Shown here: piece by piece, positions 28,244-29,246 of the stretch | Numbering within the stretch: position 1 is the first letter of the stretch | Layout of the letters: each line of letters starts with the position of its first letter | DNA from: an uncultured Alphaproteobacteria bacterium | Lineage (GTDB): Bacteria; Pseudomonadota; Alphaproteobacteria; RF32; CAG-239 | DNA length: 29,246 bases | Direction of reading: 5' to 3' | Assembly (NCBI GenBank): GCA_944391355.1 | Contig: CALXTG010000014.1 | Coordinates: forward strand, 1-29,246 | Made by a program: the position numbers and the translations under genes | Notes under the pieces: generated by a model | What the model saw: only the letters and a program-made list of their open reading frames with translations | Database searches by the model: none | What the model was told of the DNA's origin: nothing

Positions 28244-28263
28244 TGTCATTCTCCGGCTTGACC
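28244..28263 (+). repeat. Truncated copy of the REP unit
   Basis: TGTCATTCTCCGGCTTGACC is identical to 28277-28296. Confidence 0.85.
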
Positions 28264-28277
28264 TATTCCCCTTACTT

Positions 28278-28364
28278 GTCATTCTCCGGCTTGACCGGAG
28301 AATCCAGGTCGATAAATTAGCCTTATTATTTAACCTGGATGTTCGGATCAAGTCCGAACATGAC
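28278..28364. repeat. REP doublet (REPIN / Rickettsia-palindromic-element-like)
   Basis: Unit 1 is GTCAT-TCTCCGG-CTTGA-CCGGAGA-ATCCAGG. Unit 2 (reverse strand) is GTCAT-GTTCGGA-CTTGA-TCCGAAC-ATCCAGG. The two are inverted around a 25-nt AT-rich spacer. Confidence 0.85.
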
Positions 28365-28391
28365 GATAAAAATATATTATCATACTTTCCT

Positions 28392-28423
28392 ATTCTAAAC
28401 AACAGGTATTAATAAAGACTTAG
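28392..28423 (-). promoter_or_regulatory. Candidate CtrA-type box plus -10 for the flagellin
   Basis: Minus strand CTAA-GTCTTTA-TTAA, 11 nt, then TAGAAT. The region is AT-rich, so a chance match is possible. Confidence 0.3.
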
Positions 28424-28451
28424 CATAACCTCTTTTTCTGTCTAAACAGAT

Positions 28452-28478
28452 TGAACGGCAAAAAATTTTGTCCCTTTG
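28452..28478 (-). promoter_or_regulatory. Candidate sigma28 (FliA)-like promoter for the flagellin
   Basis: CAAAGGGA-N11-GCCGTTCA versus the consensus TAAAGTTT-N11-GCCGATAA. Confidence 0.35.
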
Positions 28479-28512
28479 ATTATACAAGCTATTATGAAGT
28501 TTTTTATTTTAA

Positions 28513-28541
28513 TTGACTAGATAACTGAAAAAATATATAAT
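28513..28541 (+). promoter_or_regulatory. Near-consensus sigma70 promoter of Cys-rich paralog 3
   Basis: TTGACT-17 nt-TATAAT, 32 nt upstream of the ATG. Confidence 0.7.
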
Positions 28542-28573
28542 GTTATTGTGTGTTATTATAGAAAGTGTGTGCT

Positions 28574-29246
28574 ATGCAGAACAGATTTTATCTATTCTTT
28601 GCTGTTTGTGCTATGTTATTATTAGCCTGCGGCGTTTCAACAGTCGAAGCCCGAAGTCATTTCCTGCCGAATTATCAAACCGGGGGATTCAGCTTTGATA
28701 ATTCCGAAGATATTTCGGTAGCCTGTCCGACTTCTACTTTTGCTTATACGAAAGATAACTGTACTTATCCCAATACCCCGCAATATTCCTGCGGCGGCAG
28801 ATACCGCGTCTGCGGCTGTGACAGAGATTTTGCATATTCCGCTGCTCAATGCGAAGCCATGGGGAAAGTTGGCGGGGATCAATCTTGCACCGTCAGAGGC
28901 GGTTCCGACAGCGGAACGGTTTATTATACAACCTGCAAATGTCCGTCTTCTTATCCCAAGCTCACGACCGGGCAAAAATGCGTCGGCGGTACCGAATGTT
29001 CTTATGCCGGCGAAAAATACTGCGACAGCACCTCTCATATACAATGCGAAAGCAATTATAAAGTCTGCGACCAGAATAAATCGGGACGATCCGGTTCATG
29101 TACGGCCGGCGGTGTAACCAAATATATTGACTGTTACTGCGATGAAAATCTTTACCCGCAGACGAACGAAACCTGCAAGGCCGATTTCGGAGCCAACGCC
29201 GTCGTCAGCGGCGAAATCTGCGGCAATAACGAACGCGGTAAGTCTT
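28574..29246 (+). CDS. Secreted Cys-rich protein, paralog 3 (3'-truncated; missing from the ORF track)
   Basis: Open from ATG 28574 to the window end: MQNRFYLFFAVCAMLLLACGVSTVEARSHFLPNYQ...SCTVRGGSDSGTVYYTTCKCPSSYPKL...CYCDENLYPQTNETC. From 28865 it is homologous to paralog 1. Confidence 0.88.
   Translation, partial: MQNRFYLFFAVCAMLLLACGVSTVEARSHFLPNYQTGGFSFDNSEDISVACPTSTFAYTKDNCTYPNTPQYSCGGRYRVCGCDRDFAYSAAQCEAMGKVGGDQSCTVRGGSDSGTVYYTTCKCPSSYPKLTTGQKCVGGTECSYAGEKYCDSTSHIQCESNYKVCDQNKSGRSGSCTAGGVTKYIDCYCDENLYPQTNETCKADFGANAVVSGEICGNNERGKS

Noticed and set aside
28221-28412. 63-aa ORF MLFWFPYTVILRLD...
   Set aside because: It is just the translation of the REP elements (VILRLD twice); TTG start and no RBS.
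1-29246. Window flanked by homologous ends, suggesting a direct-repeat-bounded or circular mobile element
   Set aside because: The ends are diverged paralogous coding sequence with many synonymous changes and indels; the interval contains core genes (gyrA, ssb, uvrA) and no integrase.

Overview
Chromosomal window of an alphaproteobacterium. The taxon is inferred from a GyrA with the alphaproteobacterial CTD insertion, the gyrA-ssb...uvrA gene order and a Bradyrhizobium/Rhodospirillales-type flagellin. A host- or gut-associated lifestyle is suggested but not proven. Housekeeping and transport genes: RND efflux operon (MFP, RND, cutA), gyrA, ssb, uvrA, an orphan LivJ-like binding protein, a fadL/aas divergon and a nitroreductase. 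Accessory genes: (i) three dispersed paralogs of a secreted, extremely Cys-rich protein family (<1..1362, 15835..17484, 28574..>29246). Combined, they give signal peptide + A[KR]x[HY]FLP motif, shuffled 6-Cys modules, PKD domain, variable 24-aa LRRs and a C-terminal SWGGSCxxCQ. This family is the best candidate for an undescribed surface display or recognition system. (ii) A flagellin with a ~363-aa beta-helix-like insert. (iii) A Chlamydia-like aaxB-aaxC arginine decarboxylase/antiporter pair. (iv) An orphan HEPN-like protein with a degenerate active site, a MIF-family protein and several unknown ORFs, one split by a single in-frame TAG. (v) A REP doublet with covarying stems upstream of the flagellin. 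No rRNA, tRNA, CRISPR array, transposase, integrase or reverse transcriptase was seen. All family assignments come from motif recognition by eye; no database search was run.
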